A stretch of 24,949 nt of DNA from a virus (Duplodnaviria > Caudoviricetes), in the IMG/VR virus record IMGVR_UViG_3300033076_001297, positions 1 through 24,949 of that record, one strand, 5' to 3'. Under the pieces are notes generated by a model. It searched no databases and was not told where the DNA came from. It saw only the letters and a program-made list of their open reading frames with translations. A program made the translations under genes and the position numbers. This document shows positions 8,850-19,257 of this stretch, piece by piece; within the stretch, counting starts at the first letter, position 1; each line of letters opens with the position of its first letter.

Positions 8850-9809
8850 TTATTGCTGTTTGTGCTGCTTATCGTACTCGGCGTACCTCTTCACGTACTT
8901 CATACGGAGGACCGGGTCGTCCCAGACGCCGGCTTCGATAAGCGCCTGTTTACGCTCCGGGCTGATGTACACCTCTTTCTTGGTACTTGCCGGCGCATGC
9001 TCTTTTCCGCTACCTACTGCCGGACCCCTTCGTGGCTCACGAGGCTGTTCAGTCTGGAACCTTTCGGGAAGCCTGCGTGCCGTGCGCTTGCGCAACTCGT
9101 TCCAGTACTCCTCGCTGCGCGGATCAAAGCCTTCTCTGCTGAGCGACTGATCGATAGCCATGACGATAGCCGAATCCTCATCGCGGCCTTGCACGTCGTA
9201 CCATGGGTTATCTCTGGTAAACGCCTGCGCGTACTGAAGCGTCTTATCGTCAATCGATGGCGATTGTGGCTGTTGAGGCTGCTGCGCCGGAGGTACCGAC
9301 TGCTGCTTTTTGAGTTTGAGCTGCTGGATTTTTTCCGCAGCCTCATCTCTAAAGCGGAGTGCTTGCGCTGCGTCCTCTCCATTTCCCGCTTCGATTGCCC
9401 GTGCGAGAACCTTGCTGGCCATGTCCATGTCCCGGGACGCCTGTCCTATCGCATTATCGATCGCGGCTATATCGCCATTGTGTGACCGCTGCTCCTGAGC
9501 TGTCAGCCTGCGTTCAAGATCGTCGTTCCTTTTTCGCAGAAAATCCATTTCGAGCTTGTCTCTCTTGATGGCCTGTTCCCTGCGCTCCTTGCGATCTTGC
9601 TTCTCTTTGCGACGACGCTCCCTTATGGCCTCCCTGTCTTCGTCGTCCGTCGATTGCTGAATCCTTTCATCGTCATCATCGTCGTCATCGTCGTCGTGAT
9701 TTACAACGACTGGCTTTTTGGGCTCCTCTTCGGCAGGCGGAGTCTCCTGCGTTTTCGGTTCTTGCTCGACAATAATGATGTCGTCATCCTTTTCAATGAT
9801 GTCTGCCAT
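8850..9809 (-). CDS. Putative capsid scaffolding protein
   Basis: 319 aa with a very acidic N-terminus (poly-D), a long coiled coil and a short C-terminal helix. Lies between portal and major capsid gene. Confidence 0.7.
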   Translation of the reverse strand: MADIIEKDDDIIIVEQEPKTQETPPAEEEPKKPVVVNHDDDDDDDDDERIQQSTDDEDREAIRERRRKEKQDRKERREQAIKRDKLEMDFLRKRNDDLERRLTAQEQRSHNGDIAAIDNAIGQASRDMDMASKVLARAIEAGNGEDAAQALRFRDEAAEKIQQLKLKKQQSVPPAQQPQQPQSPSIDDKTLQYAQAFTRDNPWYDVQGRDEDSAIVMAIDQSLSREGFDPRSEEYWNELRKRTARRLPERFQTEQPREPRRGPAVGSGKEHAPASTKKEVYISPERKQALIEAGVWDDPVLRMKYVKRYAEYDKQHKQQ

Positions 9810-9825
9810 CAGTCATCTCCTTTTG

Positions 9826-10248
9826 TTAAATGAATGCCCTGACTGCGAGCGGATCACCCGTGACCCGGCCGATAATGTCAAGATCGTTAAAAATCACGAA
9901 CATCGCATTTTGATCTTCGCCTTCTTCATCTCTGTACGGAACTTCCCATCGGTCGCCACCGTACTTGGGCACCCTGACGAAATCGCCTTTTTCGCACCAG
10001 CTACCTTCGGGCCACGACTGCATCGTATCCCTGTTTTTGAATGCGAGAGGGCCTACGCTGATCACCTTAGCTACCTGAGTGTTCCACTTTTCGGTGTCCT
10101 TGGTCTCTGCGTGCAGGATGATGCCACTCTTTGTTTTGTTCTTTGGCGTACGGATCTGAACCAGCACGCGGCTGCCGAAAGGCTGTACGCCCGCGTCTAC
10201 CGCGGGGAAAGCCTCCGCTAACGCGTGCTCAGATGTCATTGTTACCAT
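9826..10248 (-). CDS. groES: Phage GroES/Cpn10-like co-chaperonin
   Basis: QPFGSRVLV...KTKSGIIL...AKVISVGP...KGDFVRVPKYGG matches the Cpn10 signature (PLxDRVLV, TxGGIIL, VxAVG, GDxVxxxKYxG). Confidence 0.85.
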   Translation of the reverse strand: MVTMTSEHALAEAFPAVDAGVQPFGSRVLVQIRTPKNKTKSGIILHAETKDTEKWNTQVAKVISVGPLAFKNRDTMQSWPEGSWCEKGDFVRVPKYGGDRWEVPYRDEEGEDQNAMFVIFNDLDIIGRVTGDPLAVRAFI

Positions 10249-10426
10249 GTTGCTCTTCTTTGGTTAGGTTGATGAGTACTTCGATTGCAGCTTCATATCC
10301 GGCAATCATTCCAACGCGGAGCCCATACTCAAAAGCATCGCGTTCTTGGGGCCGCTTCAAGGCATCGAGGGCATACTGCGCCTGTTCTGCCTTGAGGCGG
10401 TTCAAGAGTTTTGTCTCGAAGTTCAT
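10229..10426 (-). CDS. Small helical hypothetical protein
   Basis: 65 aa ('FEYGLRVGMIAGY'), overlapping both neighbours. Confidence 0.75.
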   Translation of the reverse strand: MNFETKLLNRLKAEQAQYALDALKRPQERDAFEYGLRVGMIAGYEAAIEVLINLTKEEQHGNNDI

Positions 10427-10563
10427 ACGACTTCGGTTAGGATTTCAGCCTTTACGACTTCGAGTACACCAACGATCGCGGCTGCCGGGAGCCCGTTCTC
10501 GCATCTCTGCTTGTCGATAATAGCCATAATCTCCGCCCTTACACTTTCGATCTTGTCGTTCAT
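10423..10563 (-). CDS. Small hypothetical protein
   Basis: Likely start is ATG 10563 (MNDKIESVRAEIMAIID..., 46 aa), 4 nt after the upstream stop. ATGA overlap with the next gene. Confidence 0.55.
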   Translation of the reverse strand: MNDKIESVRAEIMAIIDKQRCENGLPAAAIVGVLEVVKAEILTEVV

Positions 10564-10567
10564 AGCC

Positions 10568-10720
10568 TTACTTTTTGGGTTTAGTGACTTGCTTGTCTGC
10601 GCTCTGTGTCTTTTTCGGCACATACTGGCCGTCGCATTTTTCACCTGCGGCCATACGCTTGTGCTGCGGCACATCGGCGCTATTGAGTTTGACCTCTTTT
10701 CCTTTGGTGTCGTCTGCCAT
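10568..10720 (-). CDS. Small basic hypothetical protein (not in the ORF track)
   Basis: Manual translation gives MADDTKGKEVKLNSADVPQHKRMAAGEKCDGQYVPKKTQSADKQVTKPKK (50 aa), with an AGGAG RBS. Confidence 0.65.
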   Translation of the reverse strand: MADDTKGKEVKLNSADVPQHKRMAAGEKCDGQYVPKKTQSADKQVTKPKK

Positions 10721-10734
10721 GGTTGTTCTCCTGT

Positions 10735-13248
10735 TTAGGGTCTTGGGTTGATTCCGGTTCCTGTTTCCATTCCTACTTTCTCGCCTGACTCGATCTCTGC
10801 GGCCGAAATGGTCATTGCAGTCTCGTTGTCCGACATATTCATACGCTCGCGAGCCTCGATCTCCTCTGTTGTGCGTGCATTCTCCTCCTGCTGTTTCGTC
10901 TGCTCGGTCTGCATACGTGCCATGATCTCCTGCTGCTTGCTCGCCAGTTTTTCCCTTTCAAGCTGCATTTTGGCTTCGAGTTCCGTCATGTTGAACTGAG
11001 TCTCAACATCTATCTTCCTCATCTCGACCTGAAGCTTCTGCTGTTCGATCTGGGCCTGCGTCTGTACTGTTTGCGTCTGTACTTGGGCATTTATCTGAGC
11101 CACCTGCAGCGAATTATCAGGCGGAAGCGGAGGCTGCGGTTTGTACTGCTGTGCCTCCTGATCAATTTTGGTAAGCTGATCAGCAAAGCTCATGAGTTGC
11201 TGTTCGATAAGCTTCTGTACCCTCAGCACCATGTCAACCTGTGGATTCGCATCATCAGCTATCAGGTTTTCCCGTGTCGCCTTTTCGACAGCCGTGTGCG
11301 CTTCGACAAGATAATAATTCAGCAGATGATCCCTAAGATGAATTGACATCGGGTAGAGGAACGTCTTGATTATCGCCGGGTTCGACCCGAACAGCGGAGA
11401 CGACAAGAACTGGATGTGTGTAGCGATATGCGCTACATGCTCCTGCCTTGGCAGTACATATATCGGTCTACCCATGGCCGCCGCTACGTTCTCGCTTACG
11501 GGGTCCATGTCTTCACTTCCCGGCGCCGGCAATAGTACTTCGTCTGACGGAACCTTCATGGCCCTGAGGAACATCTGTTCGACCTTGCGTGCGTCGTACA
11601 TCTGCGGGACCACGGCGGTACGTTGCATGATCGCCTGAACCTGAGCGAATCTTTGCGTTTCCGAGAAGATACCCGGGTCACTCACCGGGACGATGTCCAT
11701 AGGCCCGTCGAAATCGCTCGGATCGATATCGATGTCGCCTATCTGCATGCGTATGTCCTCTTCCGTAAGATAGGCGCTGTTGATCCTGTGCAGGACGTTC
11801 AGGCACTTGGTCATGGATGCATGCAAGCGGCTGTGAATCGAGCTGAACACCACCATGCCCTGTTCGATGAGCGCCATGGTGGTACCGACCGGTTGCTGCT
11901 GACTGGTGTCTGAAAGCTTCTCGAAGCTGGTCTGGATCACGCCTTTGCCCGCTTCGACAAGGAATCCAAGGAGCTGGAACAGCGTGGCGCTGGGCCCCGC
12001 GAAAGGAAGAGGCATCGCCAGTTTTCGTACGTCGTCGACGATTGCGCCGCCATCGAGCTCTACGATCTCAGTCGGTTGGACGTTGATCGTCTGGCCCCCG
12101 GGGCCACCTTTGAGCTTCAGAAGCGTGGGGATGTTCTGGATATGGGCACTGTCCAGAAGCGCACGTAGCGCCCCCGTGGCTGCGCCTGACAGGCCACCGA
12201 TCATGTGCGTGAGGCCGATCGGGTACGCTCCGCGCCAAGGCACGAAAGGGAACTCGACAATCCAGTCGAGCTCTTTTTTCATTTCGTCACCCGGCTCCCA
12301 GTTGCGGTAGAGCGCCAGAGGCATCATCGAGTTCTTGTCGATCGATATGATGTACGGCTCGTACCCGTCTTCGAAGTCGATATTCGTGTAGACCTCGTAG
12401 ATTACGCGCAAGCCGTCTTCATTGTAGGCGCTTTCCTCCCTGCCTTCGATCTTGTCATTGGCCTTGGATGCTCTGCTGTACTCCGGTTCAAGCGATGCTC
12501 CGAGGTTGATGTCGACGTACATGCCCTTTTTGATGCGCTGCTGGTACTCCATGCTGGTGATGTACTGCACATGCGTTTTCCTCTCTGCCGTGTAGAAATT
12601 CGTGGCAGCAAAAGGCAGATAAATGTCGTCAATGGCGATGAACTCGCTTGTAGGCCGGCGATACCTATCGTCCCACATGAACTTCATGTACTGGCCGCCG
12701 CCGAGGGGGAGCTGAGTCGTAAGCTGCTCGAGTTCGCTTCGGAATTCAGTCATCTGCTGCGTGAGCTGCCAGTTCATGAATTCCGTTTTGCGGTCCGCCT
12801 TTTCGATCTTTCGCTTGTCCTGCTCGCCTACGATCTTGCTTCTGACCGGGCCTGTTGGCGGGAAGAGCTCCTTCATGGTGCGGGCGCTGAAGTCGACACA
12901 CGACTCCACGAGCAGAGGGTGCACCACACGGTTCGCACCGGTGAACTGCGCTCCGCCCGGCGCGTCATCACCGAGCCCGGTTCTGCGAAGTCCCTCTTCG
13001 TACTGCTTGTCACGCTTCTGTCGTGCTTCTTTGTCTCTATCGATCTTCTCGAGAAGCTCAGCTACGACCGTCTTCAGCTTCGACTGGTCGACTTCTTCGA
13101 TGATATTGGCGAAATGCTTCAGATGGCGCCTTTCATCCTCGTCATTTTTGAGCCTGATAACCGCGCCGCCGTCCTCGGTATCCTCTACTTCGGGGGCGTC
13201 ATCTTCAAGCTTTACGGTTTCGCCTTGTACCTTCTGTTCTTCTTCCAT
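10735..13248 (-). CDS. Portal protein (P22-like, long C-terminal coiled-coil barrel)
   Basis: 837 aa ('VVHPLLVESCVDFSAR', 'YPIGLTHMIGGL', 'PVGTTMALIE') with a Gln-rich coiled-coil tail. Lies downstream of TerL. Confidence 0.88.
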   Translation of the reverse strand: MEEEQKVQGETVKLEDDAPEVEDTEDGGAVIRLKNDEDERRHLKHFANIIEEVDQSKLKTVVAELLEKIDRDKEARQKRDKQYEEGLRRTGLGDDAPGGAQFTGANRVVHPLLVESCVDFSARTMKELFPPTGPVRSKIVGEQDKRKIEKADRKTEFMNWQLTQQMTEFRSELEQLTTQLPLGGGQYMKFMWDDRYRRPTSEFIAIDDIYLPFAATNFYTAERKTHVQYITSMEYQQRIKKGMYVDINLGASLEPEYSRASKANDKIEGREESAYNEDGLRVIYEVYTNIDFEDGYEPYIISIDKNSMMPLALYRNWEPGDEMKKELDWIVEFPFVPWRGAYPIGLTHMIGGLSGAATGALRALLDSAHIQNIPTLLKLKGGPGGQTINVQPTEIVELDGGAIVDDVRKLAMPLPFAGPSATLFQLLGFLVEAGKGVIQTSFEKLSDTSQQQPVGTTMALIEQGMVVFSSIHSRLHASMTKCLNVLHRINSAYLTEEDIRMQIGDIDIDPSDFDGPMDIVPVSDPGIFSETQRFAQVQAIMQRTAVVPQMYDARKVEQMFLRAMKVPSDEVLLPAPGSEDMDPVSENVAAAMGRPIYVLPRQEHVAHIATHIQFLSSPLFGSNPAIIKTFLYPMSIHLRDHLLNYYLVEAHTAVEKATRENLIADDANPQVDMVLRVQKLIEQQLMSFADQLTKIDQEAQQYKPQPPLPPDNSLQVAQINAQVQTQTVQTQAQIEQQKLQVEMRKIDVETQFNMTELEAKMQLEREKLASKQQEIMARMQTEQTKQQEENARTTEEIEARERMNMSDNETAMTISAAEIESGEKVGMETGTGINPRP

Positions 13249-13269
13249 AATAGGTCTTTTAATAAGCGG

Positions 13270-15546
13270 TTAGAGGTTTTCGGTCGTAATATCCTGTGGG
13301 GGCGGTGCATAGTCGAAATCCCAGTATCCTGTGTGCTTTCTCAGCAGATCCGGGTCGGCTTCAGCGCCTTCACTCTTGAACGACACCTGATTTCCGTGTA
13401 CGTCTGTTCCTATATAGTGATAGTCGTCACCAACCTTGGTCACGTTAAGCTTAGGGACTCTTTCTCCCTCGCTCCACGGTATACCAACGTCGTAATGGCC
13501 TTTTCCGTAGCTCAGGCCCATCATCTCGAATGGTACTCCTGCTGACTTCTGCCAGTATTCCGGATCAAACATCGGATGGTTCATGAGCCACTCTGTCGGC
13601 TGATCGGCACGCAGTTCGTTTACCCTTTGTATCTGTTCGTTTACATTACGCATGTACGATTTATACCCTTCTTCTTCAGGGGACAATTCGTAGAACAGCG
13701 AAGGATCTCGTTGCGACCGTACGACATTGGACTCTACCAGAGGATTCGTGCCTTGGGGGTACTCCGGATACTTCTTGAGTATCTCGTGCCCTATTTCGTG
13801 CAAAACCAATTTTCTTGGCTCGTCCGACTCTTCGTACGCATACTCTGGGTTCAGTGATATCGTCTTTTTGTGGGACTGACCCATAACGCCTGTTCCCATG
13901 AACTCAGGGTTCATCTTTAACGCTATATCGCGTAATTCCGGATCGAGGGCAAAAAGTTCAGGGTGTTCGAGCTCAGTGCCTAGTGTGATCTTTTCACCCG
14001 CGTTACCCCAGCTCCGGGATAGCTTCTCCAGTTCTTTCGCCCATTTATATCCTGACGCCTCCATCGCGTTTTGAATGTCCAGAATAGGGTGTTGAATCGC
14101 CATAACCGACGAGTAACTATGCGGATTTCGGCCCATGATGCGGATGAAATCTTCGATCGCGGGGCCAAGTGTTTTATGGTCCTCCTCCATGATGGCCCTC
14201 AAGTGGATCGCATCTGTGTACATCCGGTTCATGTCCTTGGCCTGCTCAACATATGGTTTCTGCACTTTTTCGGTCAGCGTCTTGAACAAATCGATCGTGG
14301 CGTTCTTATCACTTATTTCCGAAAAAGGAAGATCAGGTCTTCCGGGAGGAAACTCAACATTGTACGTCCTCTTCACCTCGCGTGGAGATTTCCCTTTTGC
14401 GAGCGCTTCTCTGGCCGCATTGACGATGGCTTCCGTATTCTCCTTGTGGTACATAGACGCCGGCATCATCATGCGTAAGGCGCCCGTGGCCCCTTTTGGT
14501 GTGCCAATAATTCCTGCTGCCGTGCCTGAGCCCATGAGCGTCAGCGGAATGTTGTTGACGTCCTCGATGCTGTAGTCGACCCCTTCCGCTGCAGCTTTTG
14601 GCGTGTAAAGCGCTTTTGCTGCTTGGTATATTGGCTCCGGCATTGTAATGCCTTCTGACGTTACCCGGGGAAGAATCGCGGGACGTTTCAGACCCGGTTC
14701 CATCTTGGTGTGCTCGTACAGGTACCGCTCCATCGGACTTGCGCTTTCCCACCGGGTAGCCAGATCCGGACCTTTCTCTTTTTTCGGTGCCACCCGCGTT
14801 GAGTCAGCGCCCGCGTACTTTTTCCTCAGGCTGGCCAGACTCACCGAGCCGCCGTTGGCGTACCCTTTTTCCCCCGCTCTACGCATGATCTTACGCACGT
14901 AATCCTGAGTCTCTTTGAACGGAGGTATGCCCTTATACTTCTTGACATTGGCAGGGCCTGCATTGTACGCGGCCAAAGCCAAAGGGAGCGATTTGAACTC
15001 GTCCATCTGCATGCGGAGATACTTCGCTCCACCCTCAAGGTTCTGGATTGGATCGTTCCTGTTTACGACGCCCATGGCCTTCGCAGTGGCCGGCATGAGC
15101 TGCGTCAATCCAACGGCTCCCTTTTTGCTGACTGCGTTCGGATTTCCGCTGCTTTCTTTTTGCACCAAGGCCCTGAATATGTTCTCTGGGACGTTATACT
15201 TCTTGGCTATTCGCGATATGTCATCTGACACCTGCGGTACCCGCGCTGGCTGAGGGGGCGCCTGTGAGGGCGCCTGCTGACTCGCTGGTCGAGCGTTGAT
15301 TGTCGGATTCGGTATGGCGCCCTCGAAGTTGTACTGAACATCCTCGAGCCTTTGCGGTGGGCTGGACGTTCTTCGCATCGCCTGAACAGCTTTCTGGTAC
15401 ATTTCCTGTTCCGCTGTTTGCTGTTCTGCAGATCTTTGCTGCGCGACCTGCAGATTCGCCACGCTTTCCTGCATGCTGTCAAATCGCTTTTTGCGATCAG
15501 ACAGATATTTTTGCGTGAGCTCGTCCAATTCTGGGTTAAACGGCAT
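13270..15546 (-). CDS. Multidomain virion/ejection-type protein: soluble lytic transglycosylase domain plus C-terminal HEXXH zincin-like domain
   Basis: Likely start is ATG 15546 (758 aa). SLT motifs [24 protein letters not shown] and ETQDYV lie at ~14870-15220. HEIGH is at 13786-13800. Confidence 0.8.
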   Translation of the reverse strand: MPFNPELDELTQKYLSDRKKRFDSMQESVANLQVAQQRSAEQQTAEQEMYQKAVQAMRRTSSPPQRLEDVQYNFEGAIPNPTINARPASQQAPSQAPPQPARVPQVSDDISRIAKKYNVPENIFRALVQKESSGNPNAVSKKGAVGLTQLMPATAKAMGVVNRNDPIQNLEGGAKYLRMQMDEFKSLPLALAAYNAGPANVKKYKGIPPFKETQDYVRKIMRRAGEKGYANGGSVSLASLRKKYAGADSTRVAPKKEKGPDLATRWESASPMERYLYEHTKMEPGLKRPAILPRVTSEGITMPEPIYQAAKALYTPKAAAEGVDYSIEDVNNIPLTLMGSGTAAGIIGTPKGATGALRMMMPASMYHKENTEAIVNAAREALAKGKSPREVKRTYNVEFPPGRPDLPFSEISDKNATIDLFKTLTEKVQKPYVEQAKDMNRMYTDAIHLRAIMEEDHKTLGPAIEDFIRIMGRNPHSYSSVMAIQHPILDIQNAMEASGYKWAKELEKLSRSWGNAGEKITLGTELEHPELFALDPELRDIALKMNPEFMGTGVMGQSHKKTISLNPEYAYEESDEPRKLVLHEIGHEILKKYPEYPQGTNPLVESNVVRSQRDPSLFYELSPEEEGYKSYMRNVNEQIQRVNELRADQPTEWLMNHPMFDPEYWQKSAGVPFEMMGLSYGKGHYDVGIPWSEGERVPKLNVTKVGDDYHYIGTDVHGNQVSFKSEGAEADPDLLRKHTGYWDFDYAPPPQDITTENL

Positions 15547-17107
15547 ACGGATTGACCCTTTCCTTTGATCTGGGTTTACGCTCTTCAACGTCCTTGGCTT
15601 TCGGGAGTTCGAACCAACGATCGTTTTTCAAATAGATAATGGCCTGCGTGAACGTGTCGACGTAGTCGTCATGATCCGCAACAGGAAATTTAGCTAATTG
15701 TTTGATAAAAGTGTTAGCCCAAGATACATGTCTTCCGGGATTTTTTGCCGATTCAGGGATCCATATGATCTCAAGTTCCAGCGTCGGAGATGCCTGATGC
15801 GCGCGAGAAATCTTGTCCGCTTTACCCGGATTGTAGCCTATGGCCGGCACTTTTGCCAGTCTCAGGTCCTGTAGAAGCGATTGACCGCTTGCTTTCGCCT
15901 CGACGAGCACCCTATCGGGCCGTTTTGGCCTGTTGAACGCTGACTTTTCGCTCATTCCACCATATTCGACCGTCCAATCGTTAATCGCGCGTTTTCTGAG
16001 CTCCGGATACGTCAAATGCTCATCCCAAGCATCGATAAGCATGACATTTCGCTTTCCATTGTAGGTAAAAATGGCCCAGACTGAGCATGCTGTCGGGTCA
16101 CCGGTTGTTTTTTCCGTGAACGCGCAGTCGTATGACTGCAGGATGAACTCGAATTGCGGAAGCGCCTTGTCGTGTGGCCACAACTTAAAGAACTGTGTCT
16201 TCAGGATACCACCGCCGGTGGGTGTCGGATCCTGCTGTAGCTGTCCGCTCGAACCATAAACGCCGAGTAACTGCTTCAGCTCGGTCATTTCCTTCTCCCC
16301 GAGTCGCTCCGGACAGATCAGGTCGCCTACATTCTGCCTCGGATCGTAGTAACCAAGGGACGTTTTTCGCTTGCCACCGTCATACTCAGCCGGGATCATC
16401 AAATGTTCCCACCCTCGTATGTCATCCAGAATGTGACCGCTGATGTCACGCTCATGCAGTCGCTGCATGATGGTCACCATGGCGTCCGTCTTGGCGTTAT
16501 TGAGTCGTGTCGACCATACCATGTCGAACCATTCCAGTGCAGTCTCTCTGACGACGTCCGATTGCGCCTCCTGAGCCGAGTGAGGGTCATCGAGCAGCAG
16601 TCTGGAGCCGCCTTCACCAGTGGCCGTACCGCCTACTGACGTGGCAATTCGGTAACCGGTGTGGTCGTTCTCGTATCTCTGCTTGGCGTTCTGGTCTCCA
16701 GATAGCTGAAATCTGTCCCCCCATCGTTCCTGATACCATGGGCTTTGGACAAGACGCCGGGCTTTCAGGTTGTCGCGAGTCGCCAGTGTTCCTGAGTACG
16801 ACGCGCACAGGAATTTTTCCTCCGGGTGCAAAATCCACTCCCACATCGGCCAGATGACCGATACGATAGTGGATTTGCTCATCCTCGGCGGGATGTTGAT
16901 GAGCAGTCGCTTTATGTCTCCATTGGTGACCGCTTCAAGGTGCTGACAGATGACCTCGATATGCCATCCCCCTACGAATGGCACGCCGGGTTCGACGACG
17001 TGCCACGCCTGTTTGACGAACTCGTACAGCGAAACCTCCGCCAGCCGGCGTTCCTCTTCCTTCCTGATCAGGTCAAGAAGTATCTCAGGGCTTGGCTGTG
17101 AGATCAT
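15536..17107 (-). CDS. terL: Terminase large subunit
   Basis: Likely start is ATG 17107 (ATGA overlap; 523 aa). Walker A variant IPPRMSKS, Walker B LLLDD, coupling motif MQRLH, nuclease acidic motifs SYDCA and HDDYVD. Confidence 0.93.
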   Translation of the reverse strand: MISQPSPEILLDLIRKEEERRLAEVSLYEFVKQAWHVVEPGVPFVGGWHIEVICQHLEAVTNGDIKRLLINIPPRMSKSTIVSVIWPMWEWILHPEEKFLCASYSGTLATRDNLKARRLVQSPWYQERWGDRFQLSGDQNAKQRYENDHTGYRIATSVGGTATGEGGSRLLLDDPHSAQEAQSDVVRETALEWFDMVWSTRLNNAKTDAMVTIMQRLHERDISGHILDDIRGWEHLMIPAEYDGGKRKTSLGYYDPRQNVGDLICPERLGEKEMTELKQLLGVYGSSGQLQQDPTPTGGGILKTQFFKLWPHDKALPQFEFILQSYDCAFTEKTTGDPTACSVWAIFTYNGKRNVMLIDAWDEHLTYPELRKRAINDWTVEYGGMSEKSAFNRPKRPDRVLVEAKASGQSLLQDLRLAKVPAIGYNPGKADKISRAHQASPTLELEIIWIPESAKNPGRHVSWANTFIKQLAKFPVADHDDYVDTFTQAIIYLKNDRWFELPKAKDVEERKPRSKERVNPYAV

Positions 17108-17370
17108 ACGAGTATGTCGATGTCCATAGATGTGATGATCGGCAATACGTGCGTTGGGGGCACATACTGCGGTTGGATAGTGTAGTGCGGGGGCCACTCA
17201 GCTTTTCGTCTTTCTTCCGCCATCCTCTCAAGCGTCTCGATCGCTTTATTCTTCTCTTCTCGCCTTTTCTCCTCTTTCTTCATCTCGGTTACTGATTCGG
17301 TCAGCTTATCGATTGAAGCGGTGAGACTTTGCAGCATGCCGATCATCACTTCGAACTGTTTCTCGTTCAT
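17104..17370 (-). CDS. Hypothetical coiled-coil protein between terS and terL
   Basis: 88 aa with a GGAGGAG RBS and ATGA overlaps at both ends. Confidence 0.7.
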   Translation of the reverse strand: MNEKQFEVMIGMLQSLTASIDKLTESVTEMKKEEKRREEKNKAIETLERMAEERRKAEWPPHYTIQPQYVPPTHVLPIITSMDIDILV

Positions 17371-17867
17371 TGCTCTCCTCCCGCTGCTTTCTGCAGCATT
17401 TGTTTCATTTGTTGAAGTTCTTCGTTGGTCAATCCTCTGAAGTCCACCGCGGCCAGCGTTATCGGGCCGCCGTTGGCGCCCGTGTGCTCGTTTTTGATCG
17501 TCTGCGTAGTTTGCCAGCCGTGCTTATGCTTGAGGATCTCCAGTGCAATCTTCGGGTCTCCCGGTACCGTGTGCTTTACACCGTTATTATCCATAAACGT
17601 TCGAGGGAACGCCGACAGATTCAGACTCTTGGCCAGCTGTACCTCTGCGTCCGCTTTTCCGGCGATCACCGCGTGTTCGACTCTTGCGTCGAGCTGAAAC
17701 AGCTGGTTGTACTCCGAAAGGGTCAGACCTGCGTGGTATGCCAGGCTTTCGGCCTGCAGACCGAGCTTGCTGCCCTCGTACAGTTTGTCGAGGACCTCTT
17801 CGGTGGCCTTTATCTGCCTCGGCTCATAGGTGAGCGAGTATACCCGATGTTGAAGGCTGTTACTCAT
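17367..17867 (-). CDS. terS: Putative terminase small subunit
   Basis: 166 aa. HTH-like N-terminus and C-terminal 'EHTGANGGPI...LTNEEL', typical of TerS-like proteins. Upstream of terL. Confidence 0.7.
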   Translation of the reverse strand: MSNSLQHRVYSLTYEPRQIKATEEVLDKLYEGSKLGLQAESLAYHAGLTLSEYNQLFQLDARVEHAVIAGKADAEVQLAKSLNLSAFPRTFMDNNGVKHTVPGDPKIALEILKHKHGWQTTQTIKNEHTGANGGPITLAAVDFRGLTNEELQQMKQMLQKAAGGEQ

Positions 17868-18705
17868 TGATCATTCGTCCGTTGATTACCCAGTCGTCGT
17901 TCTCGTCGTAAACGGTAACCCATGGGTGCTTGTCATCCCCCCGGGCCGCATAGTCAAAAAATTCGCATTTATCCAGATCAATTACAAGACCATCTACTCG
18001 CGTGAACAATCCTTTCCTACTCGGCAGATCGACACGATCCTCGATATTGGGCTCTTCGACCGGGGCTGGAGTCGGAGCTGGAGCTGGAGCTGGAGCTGGA
18101 GCTGGCATGATCAGTCCATACTTTGCCAGACACTCTCCTACCTCACTCTCCGGTACCGCTACAAGAAACATATTGAAATGCGGCGTGTAGACGAGCTCTG
18201 GTGTTCCTGCACACCACCACATTTCAGTAGATGCTCTCCTGAAATGTATGAAAGGATTTTTAACCGCGCGACCCGTTTCGTCTACATGATCATACCGGAC
18301 ATTTGTTCCCTCTAAATCGGCCAGATCAAAAACCTTGGCGTTATCGTGATTCTGCAGCCAAACAGGCGGCTCGATCTTGGCGCTTTTCTTGGTGGCGACC
18401 GGTTCGCGTTTCTTGGCGGCGACCGGTGCGCTTTTCTTGGTGGCGACCGGTGCGCTTTCTTCCGCGATGGCAGGGATTCTCTCAGCGAAAAACTCTTTTT
18501 TGAGTTTCAACCGGGGCGCTCTGAGCCTGTTTTTCTTTCTTTCTACCAATTCACTTCGAAACGCTTCGAATTTCTCTAACGCTTCAGCCTGTAGTTCTTC
18601 TCTGTAATCGAGGAGCTTTTCCCTGATCTCATCGGCCTGTTGCGTTGTTTCATGCGTCCCTATGAAAAATCGGTAACCGAGAAAACAGACAGTATTGCTT
18701 GCCAT
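17860..18705 (-). CDS. Hypothetical protein with low-complexity linkers; possible N-terminal AP2-like DNA-binding motif
   Basis: 281 aa. Three copies of (A/E)PVA(T/A)KK(S/R), a PAPAPAPAP tract, and 'FFIGTHETTQQA' loosely like the AP2 G-x-F-x-T-x-E-E-A motif. Confidence 0.6.
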   Translation of the reverse strand: MASNTVCFLGYRFFIGTHETTQQADEIREKLLDYREELQAEALEKFEAFRSELVERKKNRLRAPRLKLKKEFFAERIPAIAEESAPVATKKSAPVAAKKREPVATKKSAKIEPPVWLQNHDNAKVFDLADLEGTNVRYDHVDETGRAVKNPFIHFRRASTEMWWCAGTPELVYTPHFNMFLVAVPESEVGECLAKYGLIMPAPAPAPAPAPTPAPVEEPNIEDRVDLPSRKGLFTRVDGLVIDLDKCEFFDYAARGDDKHPWVTVYDENDDWVINGRMINE

Positions 18706-18810
18706 ATTTTTATCTGTGGTAGTGGTATAGACGTGTGCTGACTTATTTTGTTGAAAAAGGTACTCGCTATAACGTAGCGACTTTTTCGTTTTTCCCCAAA
18801 TATGCGTTTA

Positions 18811-18966
18811 GCTTTTTTTCGGAATTACGGAATTAGGCGCTGTTATTTTCGTTTTTGCGGAAGTAGGCGCTGTTATTTTCGTTTTTGCGGAAGTAGGCGC
18901 TGTTATTTTCGTAATTGCGGAAGTAGGCGACGAAAAAATGAAAAAGTGGCGCCTACTTTCGCAATT
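18811..18966. repeat. 30-bp tandem repeat (three copies plus one degenerate) with an inverted partial copy
   Basis: TGTTATTTTCGTTTTTGCGGAAGTAGGCGC at 18841, 18871 and 18901 (variant); degenerate copy at 18811-18840; inverted GCGCCTACTTTCGCAATT at 18949-18966. Confidence 0.9.
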
Positions 18967-19257
18967 TCGGAATTGCGGAAATAACTTATCGCAACTGTAT
19001 TGTTATGGGACCCTTTTAAAAACGGGTCCCATTTTTATATACGCGGCCCGGTACCTTTTAGCTATTAGTCATAAATATTGTGTTCAAAGTTTGAAATTTT
19101 TTGTGCGGTGTGGGTGGACCCGGCCGTCGTCGCGTTGAATGAATTTAGGGGGTGCCGCCTTATAGAATCAGCGCTTAGCCCCAGGTTAACAGCGTTAATA
19201 GTTAACGGTGTTAACTATACGCTCGTATAGATATACATATACATATATTCCATCTAT

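Noticed and set aside
12205-13545. Long plus-strand ORFs opposite the structural genes (also 6674..7570, 7548..8228, 8853..9485 and others)
   Set aside because: These are antisense shadows of well-supported minus-strand genes, with no RBS or recognisable motifs.
17108-17197. TerL N-terminal extension from the ORF track (and 15547-15588 for the SLT protein)
   Set aside because: The extensions overlap upstream genes extensively. The downstream ATGs give the usual short stop/start overlaps.
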